This document shows positions 7,762 to 17,737 of a DNA stretch of 59,075 nt, in pieces. A program made the translations under genes and the position numbers. Below the pieces are notes generated by a model that was not told the DNA's origin, ran no database searches, and saw only the letters and a list, made by a program, of their open reading frames with translations. The stretch is from Desulfobacterales bacterium (lineage in GTDB: Bacteria; Desulfobacterota; Syntrophobacteria; B119-G9), in NCBI GenBank assembly GCA_026983715.1, contig JALSTM010000119.1, positions 1 to 59,075 on the forward strand. Direction: 5' to 3'. Position 1 is the first letter of the stretch; each line of letters starts with the position of its first letter.

Positions 7762-8247
7762 CTACTTATTTTTATCGGCTCCTTTATTACCAGCCGACGG
7801 AGCTGCCTGTTTCGAAGTTTTACTGCCTTCAGTTGTAGTTGCTGCCGGCTTAGAGCTTGCCGCCGGCGTCGAAGTTGTTTTCGCTTGTTCGCCCTTATCC
7901 ACTTTCTGGCTCTGCTGTGCTACCCCTGTACTTTTTGATTCAGCAGTCGTTTTTTTCTCAGTTTGCTGAACCGGGGCTGTTTGTGCAGCCTTGGTCTTCA
8001 TAAGAGACCTAGTGCCGGGCTTTGATGAAAAATAGGCCAGAAGTAAGCATGTCAACATAAATACAGTAGCGACACCAATCGTGAGCTTGTTAAAAAATGT
8101 ATTGCCTCCTGTCGATCCAAACAACGTCTGCGTTGAAGTACCACCGAAGGCTGCCCCGATATCGGCCCCTTTACCTGTCTGTAAAAGAACTATAAGGATA
8201 AGAAAGAAACAAACGATAACATGTAATATTAAAATAGCACTAATCAT
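7762..8247 (-). CDS. secG: preprotein translocase subunit SecG with a long low-complexity C-terminal tail
   Basis: The N-terminal about 75 aa are typical SecG (LLQTGKGADIGAAFGG...TLFG). The gene sits in the conserved tpiA-secG-tRNA-Leu neighbourhood. Confidence 0.85.
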   Translation of the reverse strand: MISAILILHVIVCFFLILIVLLQTGKGADIGAAFGGTSTQTLFGSTGGNTFFNKLTIGVATVFMLTCLLLAYFSSKPGTRSLMKTKAAQTAPVQQTEKKTTAESKSTGVAQQSQKVDKGEQAKTTSTPAASSKPAATTTEGSKTSKQAAPSAGNKGADKNK

Positions 8248-8263
8248 AAAAAAATCAACCCTC

Positions 8264-9025
8264 TTAAGCCTCGAATCGAATTATTCGCAAGAACGAATCA
8301 ACTTCCAGACTTGCACCCCCTACCAGTGCACCGTCTATGTCCGGCTCACTCATCAACGAATCTACATTACTAGGTTTTACACTTCCACCATACAAAATTC
8401 GCACCTCGTTTGCAACGTTTTTGTTGGTTAGCATGGAAAGATGCTCCCTGATAAAAGCGTGAACTTCCTGTGCCTGTTCGGGAGAAGCCGTTTTCCCGGT
8501 ACCAATAGCCCAAACAGGCTCATACGCTACAACCATTTTGGCGATATCAACCGAGTCCAAATCTTTTAATCCGCCGTCCAGCTGGGTCTTTACAACATCA
8601 AAGGTTTTTCCTGCCTCTCGTTCTTCGAGCTTCTCTCCTATGCAGAAGATGGGCTTTATACCAACTTTTATCAGGGCTTTCAACTTTTTATTTATATCTT
8701 CGTCATTTTCCCCAAAGTACTGTCTTCTCTCTGAATGTCCCACAATGGTGTACGAACATCCGACATCTTTTAACATAACCGGAGAGATCTCTCCCGTGAA
8801 TGCACCTTTTTCTTCCCAGTGGCAATTTTGCCCGGCAAGGGAAATCCCGGCACCTTTCACCAGGTCTTTCAAAGCGTACAAAGAAGTAAACGGTGGTGCT
8901 ATTACTACTTCACGGTCGTCGAAGGTTTCAATTTTTTCCCTTAATTTCCTGACAAATTCTACAGCTTCCCCAACCGTCTTGTACATCTTCCAATTCGCAG
9001 CTATGCAAGCAGTTCTTGTTGCCAT
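8264..9025 (-). CDS. tpiA: triosephosphate isomerase
   Basis: The sequence contains IAANWKMYKT...VGHSERR...AYEPVWAIGTG...YGGSV. I chose the ATG at 9025 because it has a GGAGGT RBS. The longer ORF to 9217 would overlap pgk. Confidence 0.9.
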   Translation of the reverse strand: MATRTACIAANWKMYKTVGEAVEFVRKLREKIETFDDREVVIAPPFTSLYALKDLVKGAGISLAGQNCHWEEKGAFTGEISPVMLKDVGCSYTIVGHSERRQYFGENDEDINKKLKALIKVGIKPIFCIGEKLEEREAGKTFDVVKTQLDGGLKDLDSVDIAKMVVAYEPVWAIGTGKTASPEQAQEVHAFIREHLSMLTNKNVANEVRILYGGSVKPSNVDSLMSEPDIDGALVGGASLEVDSFLRIIRFEA

Positions 9026-9041
9026 AATTACCTCCCATTTG

Positions 9042-10229
9042 CTATTTACCACACTTCTCAAGGGCCTCAAGCGCCGGTAACTTTTTACCTTCAAGCAGCT
9101 TAAGAAAGGCACCTCCACCCGTGGAAATGTATGAAACCTTATCCTCGACACCCGCATGTTTGAGTGCCGCCGCCGTATCACCACCACCCACGACGGTAAG
9201 TCCGTCCAGACCCGCAAGGCAACGGGCTATCGAAACCGTACCCGTGTCAAAGGGTTCTGTTTCAAAGGCACCCAGGGGACCGTTCCAGATGACGGTTGTG
9301 CAATCCTTGAGTTCGTTTGAGTATTCTTCAACCGTTTTCGGCCCAATATCCAGCACTTGCCAATCGGCGGGAATATTGTTTATTTCAACCTCCTTTTTGG
9401 GAGCACCCTTTTCGAGCCGTTCGGCAACAACCGCATCCACGGGCAAATAGAGAGCAACGCCTCTTTTCCGAGCATCCTTAATCAGGTCTCCAGCAGCTTC
9501 AACCATGTCTTCTTCCACGAGGGATTTCCCCACGTTGTATCCCTGGCTTACCAGAAAGGTATTTGCCATTGCTCCACCCACAAAAATTTTGTCAACCTTT
9601 TGAACCAAATTCCGAAGCGCACCCAGTTTACTTGATATTTTCACTCCGCCTATAATCACCCCAACGGGATGCTTCGGAGCCTCCAGGGCCTTCTCATAGT
9701 AATGAAGTTCATTTTTGATAAGAAATCCGGCCCCGCATTCCCTGGCAAAGTTCGTAATTGCATGGACGGAAGCATTACGCCGGTGACAAACTGCAAAAGC
9801 ATCATTGATATAAACATCGGCAAGGGCTGCGAGTTTTTTTGCAAACTCGGGATCATCGTCCGTTTCTTCCTTGTGGAACCTCAGATTCTCTAGCATCAAA
9901 ACATCACCAGGGCGCAACGCTGCCACCATTTCCGCTACCTCCGGCCCAATACAGTCCGGTGCCAGTTTAACTTCTTTTCCAAGCAGTTCACCAAGCCTCC
10001 TGGCTACCGGTTCCATGCTAAATCTGGGGTTTCTCTCGCCCTTGGGACGTCCCAGATGCGAAGCCAGGATCACTGAAGCTCCATTTTCAAGGGAGTAATT
10101 AATGGTGGGCAAAGCAGCCCTGATCCGGTTATCATCCGTTATGTTTCGATTTTCATCAAGAGGGACGTTATAGTCCACCCTGATAAATAGCCTCTTTCCG
10201 GAAACATCAATCTCGTCTATATATCGCAT
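9042..10229 (-). CDS. pgk: phosphoglycerate kinase
   Basis: The 395-aa product contains RVDYNVPLD, ASHLGRPKG and WNGPLGAFE...TGGGA. Confidence 0.95.
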   Translation of the reverse strand: MRYIDEIDVSGKRLFIRVDYNVPLDENRNITDDNRIRAALPTINYSLENGASVILASHLGRPKGERNPRFSMEPVARRLGELLGKEVKLAPDCIGPEVAEMVAALRPGDVLMLENLRFHKEETDDDPEFAKKLAALADVYINDAFAVCHRRNASVHAITNFARECGAGFLIKNELHYYEKALEAPKHPVGVIIGGVKISSKLGALRNLVQKVDKIFVGGAMANTFLVSQGYNVGKSLVEEDMVEAAGDLIKDARKRGVALYLPVDAVVAERLEKGAPKKEVEINNIPADWQVLDIGPKTVEEYSNELKDCTTVIWNGPLGAFETEPFDTGTVSIARCLAGLDGLTVVGGGDTAAALKHAGVEDKVSYISTGGGAFLKLLEGKKLPALEALEKCGK

Positions 10230-10394
10230 GGCTCTCCCTCCCTATTTAACACCGGAAGCTTACACTGAACTAGCAGGCACACTCAAGCACCTAAGCCACC
10301 GGAGATAAGCCTTAAAGGCTCATCTCCTGATATCCCGAAAAAACATTATACCTTATAGGCAGTAGACTTTATCCGCACACCAGAACGAAACAAA

Positions 10395-11402
10395 TCAGAA
10401 GTGCTTTGCCATTAGCAGTGCCAGATCCGCCAAGCGGTTCGAGTAGCCGTACTCGTTATCGTACCATGCAAGAACTTTTACGAGCCTCCCGTCAACAACG
10501 GAAGTTAAAGCGGCATCTACAATCGAGGAATAAGGGCTGTGGTTGTAGTCAATAGAAACCAGCGGAACAGTAGAATAGTAAAGAATTCCCTTGAGGCGTG
10601 TTTCCGATGCTTCTTTCAAGGCAGCGTTAATTTCCTCCTCGGTAACATCCTTGCCTACCTGGCACACGAAATCCACCAGGGAAACATTGGGCGTGGGTAC
10701 TCGAATTGCCATCCCATTCAACTTACCCTTCAACTCCGGTATAACCTCCGTAACCGCAACCGCAGCTCCGGTCGTGGTTGGTATCATGGAAAGGGCGGCT
10801 GCCCTAGACCTTCTCAGGTCTTTATGCAACGCATCGAGCAATCTCTGGTCCATGGTATACGAATGGACCGTGGTCATTAAACCTCTTTCTATAATAAAAT
10901 TATCGTGTAATACTCGCACCACTGGAGCAAGACAGTTAGTGGTACAGGAAGCATTGGAAACGACATGGTGGTTCCTGGGATCGTATTCTTCGTCGTTAAC
11001 GCCGATCACAAACGTTGCATCAAGCCCTTTCCCGGGGGCAGTAACAATAACCTTCTGTGCTCCCGCATCGATGTGCTTTTGAGCCGAAGCCCTGTCGCGG
11101 AAAAGACCCGTTGCTTCAAACACTACCTGGACACCAAGATCATGCCACGGTAACTGTTCAAGGTTCGGGACAGAAAGGCATTTCAGTTCCTTTCCGTCAA
11201 CCACGATTGATTCACCCTTGACCTCAACATTCCTGTTCCAAACACCATGAACCGAATCGTACTTAAGCAGGTGTGCCAGATCGTTAATATTTCCCAGGTC
11301 GTTTATGGCAACAACCTCTATCTCCTCTCCCCTGTCGAAAATGATTTTAAAAAGAGTTCTTCCGATACGACCAAAACCGTTGATTCCTACCTTTAGCGCC
11401 AT
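10395..11402 (-). CDS. gap: glyceraldehyde-3-phosphate dehydrogenase, type I
   Basis: The 335-aa product contains INGFGRIGR, SNASCTTNCLAP and WYDNEYGYS. Confidence 0.95.
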   Translation of the reverse strand: MALKVGINGFGRIGRTLFKIIFDRGEEIEVVAINDLGNINDLAHLLKYDSVHGVWNRNVEVKGESIVVDGKELKCLSVPNLEQLPWHDLGVQVVFEATGLFRDRASAQKHIDAGAQKVIVTAPGKGLDATFVIGVNDEEYDPRNHHVVSNASCTTNCLAPVVRVLHDNFIIERGLMTTVHSYTMDQRLLDALHKDLRRSRAAALSMIPTTTGAAVAVTEVIPELKGKLNGMAIRVPTPNVSLVDFVCQVGKDVTEEEINAALKEASETRLKGILYYSTVPLVSIDYNHSPYSSIVDAALTSVVDGRLVKVLAWYDNEYGYSNRLADLALLMAKHF

Positions 11403-11526
11403 GACTCACACCCCCTTGTAATAAGATTAACAATTCTTCTCATTGAGCCTCATCCGTTAACATAATAATAAATCTTATCTTCTGACAATCAAGCAATCCA
11501 AACAAAAAAGCTTAGAGGATGATTGA

Positions 11527-12804
11527 TTACATTAACTCAGCGATGCTCACCGCCCTGTCTCCCAGCATATTGGTGTAACTCCCCAGTTCATTGTCGTACC
11601 ATCCATAAACAACCACCTGGGTTACAGGGATATTTATGAAAGAGCCCGCCGATGTTTTAACATCGGTGGTGCACTCGCAGGGAATTTTATCGAGGTCGAA
11701 TTTTACCGCAAACGTACGGGTGTGTGTTTCGTGTCCTTCGATAATAGCGGCAGCCTTGGGTGTTCCAATTATATCAGATGATACATTCTGATCATCTGTA
11801 TAAATCAAGTACCCAGGAGGAAACTTGTTTTCTGCGGCATCTCTATAAATCTTGTTAATTTTTTCCCGGTTTACCGGGTCTTTTAAGCTTTCGTCTTGGA
11901 GGTTTACGATCAATATTATGAGCGACCCCGTGTTCACCGGGATTCGAACGGACTCTGCAATAAAACCGATGTTTTTCATTTCGGGTATGACAAGAGCGAG
12001 CGCGCGAGCTGCACCTGTAGTTGTAAGGATTATGTTGTTCAACACGCTCCTGTTCTTTCTCAAGTCTTTTGCTTTTGCCTTGGCCGCCCTATCCAGCACA
12101 GGTTGAGAACTGGTAGCCGCATGAACAGTTGCCATGGATGCGGAAAGGAGTCGTTGTGCACCGAAGAAATCAATCAGAGGTTTCATCATGTACGCAAGGC
12201 AGGTGGTAGTGCACGACGCATTTGAAACAATCAGGTGCTTCTTATGATCATAATCATCATCATTTATTCCAAGAACGGTTGTTACGCAATCGTCAGGTAT
12301 GCTTTTGCCCTTGTCTTTGATCTTAAATGGAGCAGACACTATCACCTTTTTGGCTCCCGCAGCCAGGTGGCCTCTCACGGAACCGGAATCGGATTCAGGC
12401 GGCAGGGTTGGATCCAGAAACTTTCCCGTAGCATCAACCACCAGTTCAACACCGAGGTCCCGCCACGGCAACTTCACCGGGTTTCTCTCCTTCCTTAGCA
12501 CCGTTACTTTTACCCCGTTAATGCGCATTGTTCCGGACTTATCGTCAATTTCCTCTATCACGCGATTTGCACGGCAACCGTAAATGTAATGATGCAAAGT
12601 TCCGTACGTAGAATCCTTTTCTATAAACAGTGCAACATCCTCAAGACTTGTACCCACGTCTCTACCAATATTTACAACAAGCTCTGAAAAGTATCTTCGT
12701 TCCACGTGGTGCCAAACTGTTAGTTTCCCTATACGCCCCAGTCCGTTGATCCCAAGTTTTTTCGGCACCATTAAATCCCTTTTTGCATCAAGATTTCCAA
12801 TCAT
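11527..12804 (-). CDS. long GAPDH-family paralog (425 aa)
   Basis: It contains INGLGRIGK, the catalytic SNASCTTTCLA, TVHAAT and WYDNELGSY. Insertions relative to the canonical gap include PPESDSGSVRG and KIKDKGKSIPDD. Confidence 0.8.
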   Translation of the reverse strand: MIGNLDAKRDLMVPKKLGINGLGRIGKLTVWHHVERRYFSELVVNIGRDVGTSLEDVALFIEKDSTYGTLHHYIYGCRANRVIEEIDDKSGTMRINGVKVTVLRKERNPVKLPWRDLGVELVVDATGKFLDPTLPPESDSGSVRGHLAAGAKKVIVSAPFKIKDKGKSIPDDCVTTVLGINDDDYDHKKHLIVSNASCTTTCLAYMMKPLIDFFGAQRLLSASMATVHAATSSQPVLDRAAKAKAKDLRKNRSVLNNIILTTTGAARALALVIPEMKNIGFIAESVRIPVNTGSLIILIVNLQDESLKDPVNREKINKIYRDAAENKFPPGYLIYTDDQNVSSDIIGTPKAAAIIEGHETHTRTFAVKFDLDKIPCECTTDVKTSAGSFINIPVTQVVVYGWYDNELGSYTNMLGDRAVSIAELM

Positions 12805-12864
12805 GGCAACCTCCTTTTCCCTAAAGCCCTGCGATTAAAAATACTCTCCGTACTTCTGCAAGAC

Positions 12865-15800
12865 CTATGACTCCAATTCCACTACTTCTATGTCCTGCAT
12901 CCCAAGGTAAATTGCGCCGTTGTGGCCATCTATGCTCAATTCATCACCCTTTCTGATAACGTGACCATTGATTATGCACTTCTTGTCGTTTTCCCAAACC
13001 CTCATCTTAACACACCCTACTACGCAAGTTTTGTTAAGCCTGTGTGCCACAATTGCGGCATGAGAGGTTGGCCCACCTTTACCGGTAAGAATTCCATCAG
13101 CCATGGAAATTTCCCTTATATCATCGGGAACCGTATCAGAGCGGATCAGGATAAGCGGAGTCTCAGGCTCCTGCAATCGAAACTGTTGTATGTCTTCCAA
13201 AGTAAATACCACTTTCCCGCTCAAAGCACCACCACTAACCCCGATACCGCTTCCGAGGTAACTCTTTTCCAGTTTTGGAGTAGGCACAAAAACGGGAAGT
13301 TGTTCTGTTTTTCTGGTAACCATGTTGCGGGACTGGAGCACGTAGAGCCCGTCGGGGGAATCTCCCTGGAAGGTGAATTCAATTTCCTGCGGTCCCCATT
13401 TTTCGCGATAGATCAAGGTCTTCGCTATCTCCACCAAACGCTGATAAATCTGGGGGAACCGGGACTCAAGAGAAATTTTCTCTCGTCCCTGTAGCCTGCG
13501 CTGCTCTTCCGATATTGGCAGGGTCTTCACGAGTCCTCCCACTACGTCTTCGCCCTGGTTACCAAGCGTGAAGTCTCCCCAGGGCCTGATTTCATCACCA
13601 ACCTGCCTGGGGTGATGAGTGAACATAACCCCTGCTCCCGAGTGAGTATCGAGGTTACCGAACACCATGGTCTGGATAGTTACGGCAGTCCCCCAGTTTT
13701 CCGATATCCCCATGATTTCCCTGTACGTTTTGGCCTTTTCCGAGTACCAGGATTCGAGAACCTGGGTAATAGCGGTAAGAAGCTGTTGCTCGGGGTCATC
13801 CGGAGGACATATTCCCCTGAGCTCAAGCGCTTTTTTGTATCCCAAAGTAAGTTCCCTGATTTCCTTCGAGGAAAACTCTCGCTTCACCCGCCTCCCGTAC
13901 ATGGCTTTGAAGGCGTTCATTATTGCGTCGAATTCATCGCGTTGCATACCGAACGCCATTCCCCAGGACTGCAAAAACCTCCTGTAATTGTCCCACGCAA
14001 ACCATACTTCCCCGGTTTCCTTTATCAGTCCTTCTACAATATGTTCGTTAATCCCCACGTTTAAAAACGTGTTCATCATTCCAGGCATTGAAATCGCTGC
14101 TCCGCTCCTGACAGACAAAAGAAGCGATTGTTCCGCACTGCCGAAGTTTTTACCTGTTATTTTTTCAAGAACAGCTATATGCTCGCGCACCTGCTGCACA
14201 AAATCTTCGTAGGCCTGCTTGAATGCGACCACTGCTTTTCTGCACCTGAAAAATTCGGTTGTTATAACAAATCCCGGCGGTACCGGGATCCCGAGTAGCA
14301 GTAACTTGATCAGGTTGTAACCCTTGTTGCCAAGGTGAATAAGATCAAGGGTATTGGGATTGGGGTCGTTTATTAGTGATATCGTTTTGTCGGGATCATA
14401 GCTGAGGAGCAAATCCAGGTGATCGACGTCCAGGACTTCTTTCTGGTTCGACAAGGTAGTAATAACGCTTGTAATAAAATGATCAAAATACTGAAGCCCA
14501 AACGTCCTTGCCACGAGATCCCGCAGGAACGCTTCACTAATTTTGAGATAATCTTCCGTTTTTAGCTCACCAGAGTTACCCCGCTTGTATCGATCAAGTA
14601 ACTTATCCGGTCCAAGTAGTGGTATAATCATAAGGAGGTTGTCTTTGTGCACAGAATCGTAGTAGTGACTTACAAGCTGGTGAATACTTTCTGAAAAACC
14701 GCGGAAAATATCGAGGTACTGGGAATGTGAAAAGCGCCTTATCTCTGTTGCCTTTTCAAAAAGTTCCACCTGCCCGTTTAGCCTGTTTGACGTTATTCCA
14801 TCGATGGCAAGAGCCCTTTTGAAAAGCCTGATTATCCTTACAATTCTGAAAAACGTTGCTCTAGTAATGAAGCTCAAATTGAAAGAATAGATGAGGTCTT
14901 CAAAAATGACATTCGCCATGTTTTCGAGCCGGAAACTAAGTCCCATGGCATCAAATTTTCTTTCGGCGTAGGTGCCGTACATTGACGGAATATCTACCGC
15001 AATATGGCGCTTGTGGTATATGTTCTCGATGTAATTCAGTTCACTCGGTGTAACAATGACTTCTTTCAACTGCTCAAGGTAGGTTAGAATGGCTTCGAGC
15101 TTTTCATAATTGTCATTGCTCTTCAATGCTTCCTTAAGTTGAGAGGGGTCCGGCAAGCCGAGGTGAGCAGCTCTTTCGAGATGATAATTTATGTCTTTAG
15201 AACTTAAAGCGTATTTTTCATGAAGCAACTGATAGAGGTGTATTAGCTTCACCGCCCTTTCCTTTTCATGCTCGGAGTAACCGGTTTTGGATGCCAGAAA
15301 CATTTTCACCTTATTGGTATCCACCCCGAGCAAATCTTGAGGATGGTGGGCACGGAAATGATTGAAAACATCCTTCATGATCAAATGTATTTCATCGACC
15401 AGGGGACCCGAGGTTTGAATTTCATCGTAAATCTCCTCGGGCAAAAAAGGCCTTATTTTTTCCTTGTCAAGGGTAAGCCAGAAATCGATAATCGCTTCCG
15501 TAAAAGGGACAATAACATTGTTACTCTCAACGTGGCTTTGTTTTCTGAGAAAGTGAATCAACTTGTCCTGCCTCGAAACAATCTCGTCTATTTCCGTGGA
15601 TACTTCCCGTAAAGCGCCCTCCGCCCCAATTTCGTTGAAATATACAGGGAAAAGTTTAGCCAGTTGCTTGACCATGTAATATACGGGTTCAATTTCAGCA
15701 TGGAGTAATTTACTGATATCCTTTTGAAAGAGGTCCGTGTCCCGAACATACACCCCGCCGAGGGCAAGGTTAACCATGAGAGCCGAAAGGAGTCCTCTGG

Positions 15801-17088
15801 TTCTCTTTGGATCCAGCTCTATCAATTCCAGGTAAACGCGGATATTTTGCAGGTGGGCGGGGTTAAAAGATACCTGCCATTCACGAGTCACAGGGCCAAT
15901 TTCAGGGGTTTGAAACCCCATGGCAACGGTTCTTTTGATGAAGAAATTGATAAGATCCATATTCTTGGTGGGAATGATTTCTTTTCCGATAGTACGAACG
16001 CAGTTTAGAGCGGCTTCGGGGTATTTCTTGAGACTATCGAGAAGGATTGCAAAAGTTTGTTCGAGAAAATTCTTAAGCCCCGAGATATCCTCATTTCGAA
16101 TCAGATCCCCGATGCAGTAATTGATTTCCCTTAACGTTTCTTCGTGAATGCTTTCAAGCCCCTTAATCTCCATGAGCTTAAAAAGCATTATAAGCTTTAT
16201 CCTGTATTGCTCGGATGGGTCTACAAGTTGAGCTATCTTCTCGGGTATTTCCCGGTACCTTTCAACAATATCCCTGAAATTAGGATACGTAATCAGTTTC
16301 TGCAAAATTTTCTTGCTATCTTCGTCAGCGGAAATACCTTCTATCTCACCTTTAAACCTTTTCAGTTCTTTGTGATTCAGGAAATCAAAGGTCTTTTCGA
16401 TTTCCTCAACCGGAATCTTGTTCTTTATTTGAGTAAGAAACCAGGACATTACATCTTCCTGGCTTAACCAGAAATCGTACGTTTCACTGAGCCACCGTTT
16501 TACAAACTTTGCGACGACACCGTGTATTTCATCGTCATCGGTAACTTCCAGAATTCTAAGGAGTGCCTTCCTTACCTGGTAGTAACTGCTGAGCAGGTAA
16601 TATAGATCTTTCGAATCCAGGTGGTAGATCTTCTCGAACAAGGATTTAAAAAAGGGTCTAAGAGTAACAAGGGATTCATCATCTGATTGGCTGAGCTTAT
16701 CCAAAAATCCCAGCAGGTGGTCAGATGCCATGGTTTTTACACGGAACTGCCGGGATTCTTTAAGTATCATCAGAAAGGTATCTGCAATAAGCTCACAAAC
16801 GTCTACAACTTTCGGATGATTTATATAGAGGGTATAATTTTTAACACAGTATCTCCATAGTTCCTGGGTAACGTATTCAAGGTTCCTGTATGGATGATTT
16901 AATTCCCTGAGGAGTTGCTCCGCCTGCTTGGTAAGTCCCGAGTAATTCGACACTACATCCAGAAGTACCTGGTACCTCGGGTCGATATCCACGTCAACGC
17001 TTGTGAAAGCCAGGTTAATCTTTAAGGCTTCTGATGTAATGCTTTCGGGAACTTCCTGTTTTTCCAGTTGTGTCGTTGCTTTCATCAA
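12865..17088 (-). CDS. 1407-aa protein with an unknown N-terminal region of about 900 aa, a PPDK/PEP-synthase-type ATP-grasp domain and a phosphohistidine swivel domain
   Basis: GNKGYNLIKL...PVPPGFVITTE...VRSGAAISMPGMMNTFLNVGINE resembles the PPDK N-terminal nucleotide-binding domain. GKGGPTSHAAIVAHRLNKTCVVGC is the PEP-utilizer mobile His domain. The protein ends about 60 aa later, so it has no PEP/pyruvate TIM barrel. Confidence 0.8.
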   Translation of the reverse strand: MMKATTQLEKQEVPESITSEALKINLAFTSVDVDIDPRYQVLLDVVSNYSGLTKQAEQLLRELNHPYRNLEYVTQELWRYCVKNYTLYINHPKVVDVCELIADTFLMILKESRQFRVKTMASDHLLGFLDKLSQSDDESLVTLRPFFKSLFEKIYHLDSKDLYYLLSSYYQVRKALLRILEVTDDDEIHGVVAKFVKRWLSETYDFWLSQEDVMSWFLTQIKNKIPVEEIEKTFDFLNHKELKRFKGEIEGISADEDSKKILQKLITYPNFRDIVERYREIPEKIAQLVDPSEQYRIKLIMLFKLMEIKGLESIHEETLREINYCIGDLIRNEDISGLKNFLEQTFAILLDSLKKYPEAALNCVRTIGKEIIPTKNMDLINFFIKRTVAMGFQTPEIGPVTREWQVSFNPAHLQNIRVYLELIELDPKRTRGLLSALMVNLALGGVYVRDTDLFQKDISKLLHAEIEPVYYMVKQLAKLFPVYFNEIGAEGALREVSTEIDEIVSRQDKLIHFLRKQSHVESNNVIVPFTEAIIDFWLTLDKEKIRPFLPEEIYDEIQTSGPLVDEIHLIMKDVFNHFRAHHPQDLLGVDTNKVKMFLASKTGYSEHEKERAVKLIHLYQLLHEKYALSSKDINYHLERAAHLGLPDPSQLKEALKSNDNYEKLEAILTYLEQLKEVIVTPSELNYIENIYHKRHIAVDIPSMYGTYAERKFDAMGLSFRLENMANVIFEDLIYSFNLSFITRATFFRIVRIIRLFKRALAIDGITSNRLNGQVELFEKATEIRRFSHSQYLDIFRGFSESIHQLVSHYYDSVHKDNLLMIIPLLGPDKLLDRYKRGNSGELKTEDYLKISEAFLRDLVARTFGLQYFDHFITSVITTLSNQKEVLDVDHLDLLLSYDPDKTISLINDPNPNTLDLIHLGNKGYNLIKLLLLGIPVPPGFVITTEFFRCRKAVVAFKQAYEDFVQQVREHIAVLEKITGKNFGSAEQSLLLSVRSGAAISMPGMMNTFLNVGINEHIVEGLIKETGEVWFAWDNYRRFLQSWGMAFGMQRDEFDAIMNAFKAMYGRRVKREFSSKEIRELTLGYKKALELRGICPPDDPEQQLLTAITQVLESWYSEKAKTYREIMGISENWGTAVTIQTMVFGNLDTHSGAGVMFTHHPRQVGDEIRPWGDFTLGNQGEDVVGGLVKTLPISEEQRRLQGREKISLESRFPQIYQRLVEIAKTLIYREKWGPQEIEFTFQGDSPDGLYVLQSRNMVTRKTEQLPVFVPTPKLEKSYLGSGIGVSGGALSGKVVFTLEDIQQFRLQEPETPLILIRSDTVPDDIREISMADGILTGKGGPTSHAAIVAHRLNKTCVVGCVKMRVWENDKKCIINGHVIRKGDELSIDGHNGAIYLGMQDIEVVELES

Positions 17089-17108
17089 CTAATTCTCCTG
17101 CCTGCAAT

Positions 17109-17582
17109 TCAGTGTATATCGAGTCTCATAATTAGGGCATCTTCACCTGTATCTACGTAGTAGCCTTTTCTAAGGCCAACCCTTTTAAACCCAAGTGCTT
17201 CATATAGTCGAATAGCAGCTACGTTATTTTCTCTTACTTCGAGAAAGGCTTTTTTAACGCCCTTTCTTTCTAGGTTATCCAGAAGGTTTAGAAGAAGTTT
17301 CCTGGCTATGCCACGCCGCCGGGCATCAGGATGTACCGCCAGGTTTACGATTTCCGCTTCGTCCGAAGCCCACCTACCTGTAATATAACCTACGACCTTA
17401 CTCTCCTTTCCCTTGTTCAATATGGCCACAAGACTCTCAGAGTTTTTAACCTTCAGTTCACCTGCAAACGCCTCGTAGGACCACGGGACTCCAAAACTCA
17501 ATCGCTCAATTGCAACCACATCGGCTATGTGGTCACTACCGAAAGGCACAAGGAGTAATTTCTCATTACAAACCCTCGCCAC
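17109..17582 (-). CDS. rimI: GNAT N-acetyltransferase, RimI-like
   Basis: It contains the acetyl-CoA motif LAVHPDARRRGIARKLL. The product is 157 aa with a GTG start. Confidence 0.7.
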   Translation of the reverse strand: MARVCNEKLLLVPFGSDHIADVVAIERLSFGVPWSYEAFAGELKVKNSESLVAILNKGKESKVVGYITGRWASDEAEIVNLAVHPDARRRGIARKLLLNLLDNLERKGVKKAFLEVRENNVAAIRLYEALGFKRVGLRKGYYVDTGEDALIMRLDIH

Positions 17583-17737
17583 ACCGATTCACCCACGTTT
17601 GCTTCCCTGGTTTTTCGGCATTTTTGAATATGGTTGTTTTTGTTGCCGGTTCTGTATAGAATTAAAAAAATCGCTATATTAAGATATCCGGTTTATAGAA
17701 GCTGGTCAAATACTTACCTCTAGTTTTTAAAAACGTT

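Noticed and set aside
9026-9217. N-terminal extension of the tpiA ORF (the ORF track gives 8264..9217, 317 aa)
   Set aside because: The extension overlaps the 3' end of pgk and has arginine-rich, non-TIM-like sequence. The ATG at 9025 follows a GGAGGT RBS and yields a normal 253-aa TpiA.
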